Source: a virus (taxonomy: Duplodnaviria; Caudoviricetes). From it: a stretch of DNA of 42,009 nt. Positions 1-7,468 of the stretch are shown here, piece by piece. Position 1 is the first letter of the stretch. Each line of letters starts with the position of its first letter. The stretch is taken from the IMG/VR virus record IMGVR_UViG_3300025018_000047, positions 1-42,009 of that record, one strand, 5' to 3'. The notes under the pieces were generated by a model. The model saw only the letters and a list, made by a program, of their open reading frames with translations. It was not told the DNA's origin and searched no databases. A program made the position numbers and the translations under genes.

Positions 1-127
1 ACATCGCCAGAGGCGTTTCCATCGCGTATCACGACAACGCCAGCTGAGACAGTGGTGTTGACAATTACGCTCTTTAGCACAACCGGTCTGGTGGAGGCAA
101 AAACTTGCTTTCCAACGGATCCGGAAA
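1..127. repeat. Terminal direct repeat, left copy (probable assembly overlap)
   Basis: ACATCGCCAG...GATCCGGAAA is identical to 41883-42009; 127 is a common assembler k-mer length. Confidence 0.95.
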
Positions 128-158
128 TGCCAACTTCTAATAATTCGCTGTTTCCCAT
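1..158 (-). CDS. 5' part of a 94 aa small beta-rich virion protein spanning the circular junction (MGNSELLEVGISGSVGKQVF...)
   Basis: ATG at 158, just after the upstream stop at 166; the frame continues through the overlap into the ORF ending at 41756. Confidence 0.8.
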   Translation of the reverse strand, partial: MGNSELLEVGISGSVGKQVFASTRPVVLKSVIVNTTVSAGVVVIRDGNASGD

Positions 159-165
159 ATAATTG

Positions 166-1356
166 TTACTTAGTTTGTTTATGTTTATTTATAATTTGAG
201 TTAAAGCATCGTGATAAAGAATAATATTATCGGCAATCCATTTCTTTGACACCCAATTCTTATTATGTTCTACCATTGCCTTTCTTCTCTCTGGATCATC
301 TATTAATTCTTTAATATTATTATACCATTCATCAAAGGTTTTTGCCAACAATACATCACAGCCATCATCCTTAGCTTCGATGTATGGAGTTACTGATGAG
401 GCTATTACAGGATAACCAGTAGCAGCATATTCTTTTAGCTTGAGGTCTGACTTAGCACAATTAAATGAGGTATTAACTATTGGTGCTAAAGCGATGTCCC
501 AGCCGTGACTAGCTAAAACCATAGGATAATTCTCTAAAGATTCTCCGGTCCAAGTGACTGACTCACCTTGATAGTTACATTTTGGGCAAGTTTCATGGAA
601 TTCTTCTAGGGCTGAGAAGGTATCTCCTAACTCTTTCTTGATCATGCCCATTGTTTCAAATTTAACTTTGCCTTTGTATTCGTGCACAATTTTTTCAATC
701 ACTTTAGAAATTAGGCGTAAGTCATCAAGATGAGCATTTCCTCCGGCCCAACCAATTCTAATATAACCATCTTGTTTTTTAGTTTGGTTATTGCTCCATT
801 TGTTTTCATTAAGGAAATTAGGCAATACGAATATTTGTTTATTATAAGGGAAATACTCTCTAGCTAATTGAGGGGTTGAAACAAGCATGGCATCAGCTGC
901 CACTACTTGCTGTATAAAACGATAGATGTAAAGAGTTCCAGGATTCCAAGCACCATAGCCACCTTCATTATGAGGGGAGATGGTTCTAACTTCATCATCT
1001 ATTTCAATTACTACTGGCTTATTATTGTCTTTAGCAAACTTCATCGCCTCGATTGATTTTGGCGATCCAGACTCTTGAAAAATAACTATATCAGATTGAA
1101 GGATATGCTCTGGGGTTGTCTCCTTAAAATCTACGATAGTATTCATTAAGCCTCGAGTTCTTAAAAATGATGCTGGCTGATAGCAACGATAGTAACCACA
1201 ACCGCCCTTATCTCTAACAACAAATAAAGCGGTTGGTAATTCTTTATTAAACTTTACCTCAGCTGGATTATCATCAGCCTTTTTAGCGAGTGGGTATTGT
1301 TCCACCGGGCCATTGGCGGTGGCAAATTTTAATGGCTTTCTTATTCTTGTGTCCAT
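166..1356 (-). CDS. Glycosyltransferase, GT-B fold (GT4-like)
   Basis: GGCGYYR, IEIDD, IGWAGG..H..DL, DIALAP...FN.AKSDLK.KEY motifs; CPKC insertion; start moved to the ATG at 1356 next to the upstream stop. Confidence 0.9.
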   Translation of the reverse strand: MDTRIRKPLKFATANGPVEQYPLAKKADDNPAEVKFNKELPTALFVVRDKGGCGYYRCYQPASFLRTRGLMNTIVDFKETTPEHILQSDIVIFQESGSPKSIEAMKFAKDNNKPVVIEIDDEVRTISPHNEGGYGAWNPGTLYIYRFIQQVVAADAMLVSTPQLAREYFPYNKQIFVLPNFLNENKWSNNQTKKQDGYIRIGWAGGNAHLDDLRLISKVIEKIVHEYKGKVKFETMGMIKKELGDTFSALEEFHETCPKCNYQGESVTWTGESLENYPMVLASHGWDIALAPIVNTSFNCAKSDLKLKEYAATGYPVIASSVTPYIEAKDDGCDVLLAKTFDEWYNNIKELIDDPERRKAMVEHNKNWVSKKWIADNIILYHDALTQIINKHKQTK

Positions 1357-1357
1357 A

Positions 1358-1834
1358 TTATTGTTTATTAGTTTTAGTAGCAGAGATGATAATCTCCGAA
1401 TTTTTCTTTTCAAATTTTACACCTTCGTGCCACAAGCGTTGTTCTTTATCTGGAAAACCTGCCTGTTCTAAAATCTTAACTATCTCTTCTTGGTTCAAAT
1501 AGGTAGTTCGAGAATAATCTTTATTGAATTCTCTAACGCTTAAATCTCCTCCCAATAGACTGCGCAGGATATAATCGAAATCTTGTTCGATAATGTAAAG
1601 CTCTCCGCCTACTTTCAAAGCAGAAACGAAGTTCCTTAACATTTCTGGTATTCTGTCATACTCAGTTATCCCCAGAATACCGAAAGCATAAATAGCTCTA
1701 ACTGATCCTGGTTTCATTTTTAATCCATAGGGTGGCCGTGGATCTAAAACTAAGTCAACATCAGGAGTTTGAAATGGCCAAATGACCATTGCATCTTCAA
1801 CCTTTTTAATAGGTGAAATTTGTATTTTTAACAT
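1358..1834 (-). CDS. Class I SAM-dependent methyltransferase-like protein, apparently degenerate
   Basis: SVRAIYA...LKVGGELYI resembles the LKPGG segment of Methyltransf_11-type proteins; the GxG SAM-binding motif is absent. Confidence 0.6.
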   Translation of the reverse strand: MLKIQISPIKKVEDAMVIWPFQTPDVDLVLDPRPPYGLKMKPGSVRAIYAFGILGITEYDRIPEMLRNFVSALKVGGELYIIEQDFDYILRSLLGGDLSVREFNKDYSRTTYLNQEEIVKILEQAGFPDKEQRLWHEGVKFEKKNSEIIISATKTNKQ

Positions 1835-2349
1835 ATATCTTTAGTTATGTTTATATTTACTAAATATTTATTTTTGAGAGATACCACCCAAGGGAAGTCC
1901 ACCAATGGACTACAATTACTATTCTCATCATATGAATAATGAGACCTAATAGTTTTGATCTTAAACTTATTAGTGAGGAGCTCGAGCACATGAGCAGTTA
2001 ATTTGGCCACTTCTGGACCTGGGTATTTATCAAAATATCTCCCCACTAACTCGATATGAATCGAGCCTTTATTAATACCTTTAGTAGAGGCTTTGCCTTC
2101 TTTTTTTATTGGAGTAAATAACCAAATACTATCCTTTGAAATAAATAGATGGGGCCCTGCTTTCCATCCTCGTGATTCATATAATCTCCAATAATGAAGC
2201 ATTGATGCGCTATTTTGCCATGACTCTATAGGGCTAGAGGTGTGATGCAAAATAATCCTATCTATTTTCCTATCAAATATCCCAAACTTCATCTCATCGA
2301 TGTAATCTTGGAATGCCTTCAGGGTCATTTTTCGATTAAGAATTTTCAT
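1828..2349 (-). CDS. N-acetylmuramoyl-L-alanine amidase (Amidase_2 type)
   Basis: IILHHT, HLFI, SIHIELVG, SH...C zinc-ligand pattern; probable start at MKILNRK. Confidence 0.8.
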   Translation of the reverse strand: MKILNRKMTLKAFQDYIDEMKFGIFDRKIDRIILHHTSSPIESWQNSASMLHYWRLYESRGWKAGPHLFISKDSIWLFTPIKKEGKASTKGINKGSIHIELVGRYFDKYPGPEVAKLTAHVLELLTNKFKIKTIRSHYSYDENSNCSPLVDFPWVVSLKNKYLVNINITKDIC

Positions 2350-2350
2350 A

Positions 2351-3112
2351 TTAATTTTTACCATACACCTGGTTTTCAAGAGAAAATCCCTCTTCGCGGC
2401 CAGATAATATGTCATTAAATTTAATTAGTTCATTACCAAAATCCGATTTAGTATGCACTGCCGTTCCTTTCCTTTTCTTCCATTTAGCTGCATACTTAGG
2501 CCAAAAATCTATATAATAATCACAAGTTTCTTCGAAATGCTCAACTGATAAACCTTTCCCAAAATGCTTAACTATTCCGGCCACTACTATTTTACAGTCC
2601 CCGGGAAGATCTACGATTCTTTGATCAGGTTTGTTATAGCGCAGATATGGAGAATTTCTAAAGAAGAAAACTATTGTCCTAAACTCTGGTCCAACCCACT
2701 CTCGCTTATTGTGATCAGGCTCGTCTCGATCTTCTGGGGTAATGTAAATATCATACAATCTGCAAGCGATGGCTCCTACTTTACGATCGAACAAAAGCTG
2801 CCAGTCATCGAAATAAAGTCTTTCATCGGCATCGAAATAAACAAACCAATCATCATCTCCGGCATCTTCTTGAGCTCTTTCAAGCGCTCTTTGTCTAAGT
2901 AGCCATTCTGATTTCTCTCTGTCCGGATCCCAATGCTCTACCTCCTGCACGCTTTTTACAGCTGGGTGAGCTCTACATATCGCGACTGTGTCATCAGTGG
3001 AGGCATCGTCAACGATATAGATGCCACCGGTGCAAACTTTGCCCCAATGGTCTAGGGTCTCTTTTATTATTTTAGATTCATTTCTGATCTTAGAAATTCC
3101 TAATATTCGCAT
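2351..3112 (-). CDS. Glycosyltransferase family 2 (GT-A)
   Basis: IRNE, IVDDASTDDT, and the DxD motif FDADE. Confidence 0.92.
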   Translation of the reverse strand: MRILGISKIRNESKIIKETLDHWGKVCTGGIYIVDDASTDDTVAICRAHPAVKSVQEVEHWDPDREKSEWLLRQRALERAQEDAGDDDWFVYFDADERLYFDDWQLLFDRKVGAIACRLYDIYITPEDRDEPDHNKREWVGPEFRTIVFFFRNSPYLRYNKPDQRIVDLPGDCKIVVAGIVKHFGKGLSVEHFEETCDYYIDFWPKYAAKWKKRKGTAVHTKSDFGNELIKFNDILSGREEGFSLENQVYGKN

Positions 3113-3116
3113 AATT

Positions 3117-3458
3117 TTATCTATTAATTTTTATTCTTCTTATTTCTCCATCCCAATCTTTTTTAGGGTATCGCTTTTTTAAGTCATCGAGATCTGCTCT
3201 CCCAATAGCAATCAGTTTAATCTTGTCATTTACCACCTTAGAATTATGAGCGCTAGGATATTTGCTCTGGGCCGAATGCTCGCTTTCTAGAAGAGGGCAG
3301 TAATTCCAGGGCTCATTTATCTGCTTACCAGCGTATATCCACGCATGATGTATCACGATTCTATCATTACTGGTTGGTGGCATCTTTGAAAGGCAGCTTC
3401 TTTTGAAATAAAAGTCACTAGCTATGAGTAATCGATGTTCAGGTGGGATTGGTCTCAT
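3117..3458 (-). CDS. HNH-like small nuclease-fold protein, degenerate zinc ligands
   Basis: IVIHH...N..PL...H pattern. Confidence 0.45.
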   Translation of the reverse strand: MRPIPPEHRLLIASDFYFKRSCLSKMPPTSNDRIVIHHAWIYAGKQINEPWNYCPLLESEHSAQSKYPSAHNSKVVNDKIKLIAIGRADLDDLKKRYPKKDWDGEIRRIKINR

Positions 3459-3459
3459 A

Positions 3460-4485
3460 TTAACTAATTAATGAATTGGCAATATCTAAGAACTTCTTAG
3501 CCGCTACTTTAACATCGTGCTCTTTTTTAATAATAGCATAGGTTTCATCTACTGATTCCTGATTCCATGCGGCATCAATTTGAGCAATAATCTCTTCTGC
3601 GCTAAATAAAGGATTCATTAAATCCTCAGCTCTTTTTGATGCAATATCATCAACGAATTTTCTCCCCGAGAAATTAGTAAGTTTTAACACTTTGTGACTA
3701 GCCCCATTAATTACTCCGCCAGTGCCCCAACGGCCATGCACAACCCCAATTTTACCGGCACAGACCCCTTCCATTACTGATCGGCCCATACCAAATACAA
3801 TGTCAGCTTCTTTGATTATTTCATCGGTTTCGTATGTGGTGGCGAAATTAGCGCCAATGCCAACAAATTTAGCCTTATAGTAATTAGCAACCTCTTTAAT
3901 AATCTTATTGATATCGCTTTCTACGCCCCAATAGTTAGAACTTACTAAAATTGTGCTTGGTTTTTTAGGTAACTTTCCTTGTTTTTTGAATCTATTTAGA
4001 TCAAAGAAGTTTCTTATTACCACTGATTCAATATTATAAACTGATTTTAATAGTCCCTGGACCTCTTCTGATACGGCCACATACTGCTCGACTATCATAT
4101 CAGTTACTGGATGCTCTGGATAAATCTCTCCAGTTTCAGGATTTGAATGTAATATTCCATGGCAGATAGCAATTATTGGAAGATTAGGGAATTTTTGGCG
4201 GACCTCCTTTGTTCTATCATAATGAGCTCCAATTGCTACATCGAAGTTACCAATATCTTCCACGAGAATGGGGTTAAACGGCTCAATTTGGCCACTTTCA
4301 TGCGTGGAGAGACTATCAACGCATTTTACTCCAATGCCTTCCAATTTGGCGGCTATGAGGCCTAAATGGGGACTATAAGCAGTAACTTCGTGTCCAAGGC
4401 GCTTTAGCTCGGTGGCTAGAGTGAGCGTGTAGGTTTCACTTCCAGCTAAAAGCGAAAGTGTATTATTGAATAAAAGAATTTTCAT
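3460..4485 (-). CDS. Glycosyltransferase, GT-B fold (GT4-like)
   Basis: MKILL...AGSETY...L...LKRLGHEV N-terminus; VAVSE, IRN, ADIV..GRS..E motifs. Confidence 0.88.
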   Translation of the reverse strand: MKILLFNNTLSLLAGSETYTLTLATELKRLGHEVTAYSPHLGLIAAKLEGIGVKCVDSLSTHESGQIEPFNPILVEDIGNFDVAIGAHYDRTKEVRQKFPNLPIIAICHGILHSNPETGEIYPEHPVTDMIVEQYVAVSEEVQGLLKSVYNIESVVIRNFFDLNRFKKQGKLPKKPSTILVSSNYWGVESDINKIIKEVANYYKAKFVGIGANFATTYETDEIIKEADIVFGMGRSVMEGVCAGKIGVVHGRWGTGGVINGASHKVLKLTNFSGRKFVDDIASKRAEDLMNPLFSAEEIIAQIDAAWNQESVDETYAIIKKEHDVKVAAKKFLDIANSLIS

Positions 4486-4492
4486 AAGTTTA

Positions 4493-4684
4493 TTATTTAT
4501 TTTCATTAGAGAACATGAATTTTGTTTTTGATAGAATATCCATTAATTTTCTAAACTGAGGTAACGGCAACCATAGTTTATTATTAACAAGGTCTCCGTT
4601 CTCTATCTCAATACTACCATTGTCATTATGATTTTCAAATTTTATCGTTATCCCATCAATGCTGAAAATTTGCTGTTTTAACAT
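4493..4684 (-). CDS. Hypothetical protein (63 aa)
   Basis: ATG with AT-rich context downstream of a terminator; fills the gap in the operon. Confidence 0.55.
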   Translation of the reverse strand: MLKQQIFSIDGITIKFENHNDNGSIEIENGDLVNNKLWLPLPQFRKLMDILSKTKFMFSNENK

Positions 4685-4703
4685 AAATTTATAATTAATT
4701 ATT

Positions 4704-4746
4704 AAACAAAAGGAGTGCCAACACAAAACTCGTGTCAACACTCCCG
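4704..4746 (-). terminator. Intrinsic terminator after the capsid and decoration genes
   Basis: Minus strand GGAGTGTTGACAC-loop-GTGTTGGCACTCC followed by TTTTGTTT. Confidence 0.8.
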
Positions 4747-4778
4747 CTTGTTTTTTAGGTTATAATCAGGCTCTTAGG

Positions 4779-5105
4779 CTAGATGAGCAAGAAGGCAGTA
4801 TATTTCACTCCTCCTTTATTTCCGATCACATAGAACTTTGAAGTAGTGGCAGCTGATGCTGCTGACTGTCCTACGACAGCACCACTGGTCCAGTTCTTTG
4901 CTTCATTGACCGCCAACTTCGGAGTAATACCGATGAAGGAAGGAACCTTCCCTAATTGATGGTTCACCGCGTAGGCGACATTGGCCGATATAATCGTGCC
5001 ACTGATCACCTGGGCTTTAAGGTTAGTTAAGTAACTCTTAACGCCACTGGTGCCTCCCATATTAGGGTAATAACCTGAGATACAATCTCCTCTTGAAGTT
5101 CCCAT
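4779..5105 (-). CDS. Putative capsid decoration or small virion protein
   Basis: Directly follows the capsid gene; G/A/S/T/V-rich; H.LG.VP motif. Confidence 0.6.
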   Translation of the reverse strand: MGTSRGDCISGYYPNMGGTSGVKSYLTNLKAQVISGTIISANVAYAVNHQLGKVPSFIGITPKLAVNEAKNWTSGAVVGQSAASAATTSKFYVIGNKGGVKYTAFLLI

Positions 5106-5130
5106 AGAATTATAAGATTAATGAATTAGG

Positions 5131-6294
5131 TTATTGTTTTAAGTTCCAATGGATAGCATGAGCTTTGGCAGCTTGTTTAACTTCCATTGTATATTCGCCA
5201 ACGATCTGCCAGTTCTCAGAATCACCAGTTTTAGCCAGTTTCTCTAAGAAGAATGAGCGACCTTGTAAAGGTTTGATCATTATTCTGGAAGAATCAATAA
5301 CGATAGCTACATCGGAAGGAATCCAACGATCTACAACTACGCGTAAGCTGATACCAAGGTCGGAAACGAATTCCTCGACAGTGAAGCCAGCGCGGCGAGT
5401 GTCCATGGTAGATCTGCGATACTCTTTATCGAAGGCAGAAATTTTCTGCTTCTGAGCACCACCGACAATTACCATATCAGGGCTACCACCATCATCCCAG
5501 ATCTGCTTGATCATGGCGTTTAGAACGCTAGGAACAAGGGTTTCTGCGGTGGAATTGGTATTACCGCTAGAAGCGTGCTTGATATAATCAATCAAACCTC
5601 CCATGGTGCCGTAGGTGCCGTCAACTACATTAGCTGCGGCTCGAATGCCCATGATAACAGTGCGATCCAATTCTCTGACCAATTCGCGCATGCGCTTATC
5701 GATCTGATAGGTATCTTCAGCGCTGATGCCATTATGTTCAATAGCTAGTGCTGTGCCTGATAATCTGACACCCTTTGAGAAAATCTGGGTGTAGTTATAG
5801 CTGCGAGGTCTGGCTACTGACTCATCTTTAGGACCAGACATGCCTTGAGGGCGTGGGTTAGAGATGATGTCATAGACAGCAGTTGCTCCGTGAGCTTCAG
5901 CGGAAGTTCCGCCATAACCACGAGTAACAGTTGCAGATACACCACTTACAGCGGTAACTTGCAAAACTTCGAACTTACCTGAAAGTTGATCTTTTAATAA
6001 GGTGCCTGCAGTAACGCGACCAGCGTGGGTGGTGCTAGTTAGAACCAAAGCGGATCCGGTAGCGGAAACAGCTGATTCTAAAATTCTGCCGGCAGTTACA
6101 GTCACCGGATTTAACTCATCCTCATCCCATTCGTGCTTAGTTTGAGTTACCGGTTTGCCTTCACTGGAGAATCCTAAGGTTGATAAGACATCAGAATCAT
6201 CCAATAAAATGGCATCGACCATCTGATCAAGACTCAGAATGTATGTTGCACTCTGGTCATAGGAAGTGGTCATTCCTGGGGTTTGTAAAGCCAT
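5131..6294 (-). CDS. Major capsid protein (SU10/DUF5309-like HK97 fold)
   Basis: TKHEW.EDEL, NYTQIF, MGGL, F.SDLG, LAKTGD...Q.VGEYT.EVK motifs; follows the scaffold gene. Confidence 0.9.
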   Translation of the reverse strand: MALQTPGMTTSYDQSATYILSLDQMVDAILLDDSDVLSTLGFSSEGKPVTQTKHEWDEDELNPVTVTAGRILESAVSATGSALVLTSTTHAGRVTAGTLLKDQLSGKFEVLQVTAVSGVSATVTRGYGGTSAEAHGATAVYDIISNPRPQGMSGPKDESVARPRSYNYTQIFSKGVRLSGTALAIEHNGISAEDTYQIDKRMRELVRELDRTVIMGIRAAANVVDGTYGTMGGLIDYIKHASSGNTNSTAETLVPSVLNAMIKQIWDDGGSPDMVIVGGAQKQKISAFDKEYRRSTMDTRRAGFTVEEFVSDLGISLRVVVDRWIPSDVAIVIDSSRIMIKPLQGRSFFLEKLAKTGDSENWQIVGEYTMEVKQAAKAHAIHWNLKQ

Positions 6295-6321
6295 AGTATT
6301 AGAAATTAATAAATAGGTTAA

Positions 6322-7035
6322 TTATTTTTTATTTTTTAGAAGGTTTCCTAAAATGGCAGTTGACCTGGCTGGTCCAGTTTTACCTGCTGTGTCTGCATCT
6401 GGTGCTGCGTTGGGAGAGGCTGGCCCGGAACCAGCTATAGGTGGCACCTGATGATTTTCTTGGCTATCTACTGGTGCTGGTGGTTTCTGCTCATCATTAC
6501 TAGGAGTAGGATGATCTAGTTCTTCATCCAAGTAATCTTGAATGTCGGCTATTGCATCCTCAAGAGATTCTGATGTTCGATTGACGAATCCAAGCGGATT
6601 CCTAGTAATTGCTTTTTTAACGGCAATCGGAATCGATTTGTATTCTTCACTATCAAACAAATCTCTTACCTTGTCTTTAACCGCTAATTCTCTATTGGTT
6701 AGAGAGAGCTCATTTAATTTATCATCCCTTGATCTCAAGGCTTCTAAGACCTCGGGAGCGGCTCCGTCTAAATCTTGATACTCGGGATTGCGGTTACCGC
6801 GATTATTGCGGCGTTCATCTCGAGCTTTTTTTTGGTAAGCTTCCCATCGACCTGCATCACGCTTTAGTTTTTCAACTGTAGCTTGATCCATTTCTATTTT
6901 AGCTCCACCATTATTTCCTCCTTGTGGCTGACCCTGGGGGTTAGCGGCCGGAGTATTGTTTGCAGGCGCTGGGGCCTGACCGGGGGCCTGTCCTGGCGTA
7001 GCAGGAGTGGCGGCCGGGTTGTTATTTTCACTCAT
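6322..7035 (-). CDS. Capsid scaffolding protein
   Basis: P/A/Q-rich disordered ends around a helical core; immediately upstream of the capsid gene. Confidence 0.75.
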   Translation of the reverse strand: MSENNNPAATPATPGQAPGQAPAPANNTPAANPQGQPQGGNNGGAKIEMDQATVEKLKRDAGRWEAYQKKARDERRNNRGNRNPEYQDLDGAAPEVLEALRSRDDKLNELSLTNRELAVKDKVRDLFDSEEYKSIPIAVKKAITRNPLGFVNRTSESLEDAIADIQDYLDEELDHPTPSNDEQKPPAPVDSQENHQVPPIAGSGPASPNAAPDADTAGKTGPARSTAILGNLLKNKK

Positions 7036-7043
7036 ATAAGTAA

Positions 7044-7072
7044 ATTATATCATTATTCAAAAAACAAGTCTA
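7044..7072 (-). promoter_or_regulatory. Sigma70-type promoter for scaffold and capsid genes, near-leaderless
   Basis: TAGACT-17 bp-TATAAT with TGn extension; ATG lies 8 nt after the -10 box. Confidence 0.7.
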
Positions 7073-7355
7073 GTTTTTTAGCACCCTTAACATTCTCTAC
7101 CCTCACCTTACAGTAATTATCATTAACTGGTAGGTCAATTCGCTCACCCCAACGACCTGTTGGGTTTTTACAGCCCCTCTTAACCAGTTGCTCATTTCCG
7201 GCCATATCTTCTACAACTAAATCGAATTCGGCATTAGGGTTGTCAAATTGAGCATGAACAAAGTTAATTTCTCTTTGTTGAAGGCTGATCTGCGCTTCTC
7301 CAGAGTTTTTGTTTTCATCTAATTGAAAAGATGCTTGATTTGGTAGTTGTGACAT
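7053..7355 (-). CDS. Hypothetical beta-rich protein, probably virion-associated
   Basis: 100 aa ORF within the morphogenesis operon. Confidence 0.6.
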   Translation of the reverse strand: MSQLPNQASFQLDENKNSGEAQISLQQREINFVHAQFDNPNAEFDLVVEDMAGNEQLVKRGCKNPTGRWGERIDLPVNDNYCKVRVENVKGAKKLDLFFE

Positions 7356-7468
7356 ATTTTTGTTTTTAATAAGAGAAAAATTGACCTGTTAAAATCCTAG
7401 ATACTATCACCGAGATAATCAAGACGATAGCAAATCTATCAGTAAACCAATTCCCTTCTCTTTGTAAT

